NCBI RefSeq assembly: GCF_036365525.1
Contig: NC_090404.1
Location: 12,242,550-12,306,549 of the forward strand
DNA length: 64,000 bases
Reading direction: 5' to 3'
From: Heterodontus francisci
Lineage: Eukaryota
Shown: piece after piece, positions 63,440 to 64,000 of the stretch
Numbering within the stretch: the stretch's first letter is position 1
How the letters are laid out: the number at the start of each line of letters is the position of its first letter
Translations under genes and position numbers: made by a program
Notes under the pieces: model-generated
The model's database searches: none
Told to the model about the DNA's origin: nothing
Seen by the model: the letters and a program-made list of their open reading frames with translations, nothing else

Positions 63440-64000
63440 AACAGTCTAGTGCAATATAAACAGAAACAGGGTGTCATGTCATATAAAGAGATAGGGTCTA
63501 GTGTAATATAAATAGAGACAGGGTCTAGTGTAATACATCAGAGACGGGGTCTCGTGCAACATAAAGAAACAGGGTCGAGTGTAATATAAACGGAGGAAGG
63601 GTCCAGCGTAATATAAGCAAAAACAGGGTCTAGTGTAACACAAAGAGGCAGGGCCTAGTATATTGTAAACAGAGGCAGGGTCCAGTGCAATGTAAACAAA
63701 GACAGGTCCGAGTGAAATATAAACAGAGATCTGTTCTATTACAGTATAATTGAGCGTAAGCCTAATGCAATATTAGCAGAGACATGATCTAGCATAATAA
63801 TAGCAAAAATAGGACCGCATGTAATATAAATAGAGACATTGTCTGTTGTGATAACTGAGACAGAGCCTTGTGTAATAGAAAAAGAGAGATGTTCTACATT
63901 CCTAATAGCAAGAACAGATCCAGCTGTAATGCAAACAGAGACATGTCTACAACAAGTACTGTATTTATGAAGCACCTTAAACTCAATGAAATGTCTCATC
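63440..64000 (+). repeat. ~27-bp satellite block, same family and orientation as 1-1085
   Basis: gggtctagtgtaatataaatagagaca units. Confidence 0.88.

Overview
Cartilaginous-fish (shark) genomic DNA; from memory the C-mu exons closely resemble horn shark (Heterodontus) IgM. The core is a complete, unrearranged and apparently functional IgM heavy-chain minicluster on the + strand (10.3-24.1 kb): leader-VH-D1-D2-JH-Cmu1-4-secretory tail-TM1-TM2, with RSS pattern V-23 / 12-D1-22 / 12-D2-12 / 23-J. About 7 kb after TM2 begins an array of T-cell-receptor alpha/delta-type V segments in both orientations (31-62 kb): two apparently intact (40.2-40.6 kb +, 61.1-61.6 kb -), six pseudogenes/defective segments and at least one fragment, with 23/24-bp RSS, T-cell-type promoter motifs and CTCF-like sites. 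Faint V-like relics may also lie upstream of the VH. No TCR D, J or C exon is visible. The rest is CR1/L2-group LINE fragments, tRNA-derived SINEs, a near-complete RTE-clade LINE with a target-site duplication, satellites and local duplications. The main point of interest is the physical Ig-TCR juxtaposition, which provides a cis substrate for Ig/TCR chimeric V(D)J joining in either direction.
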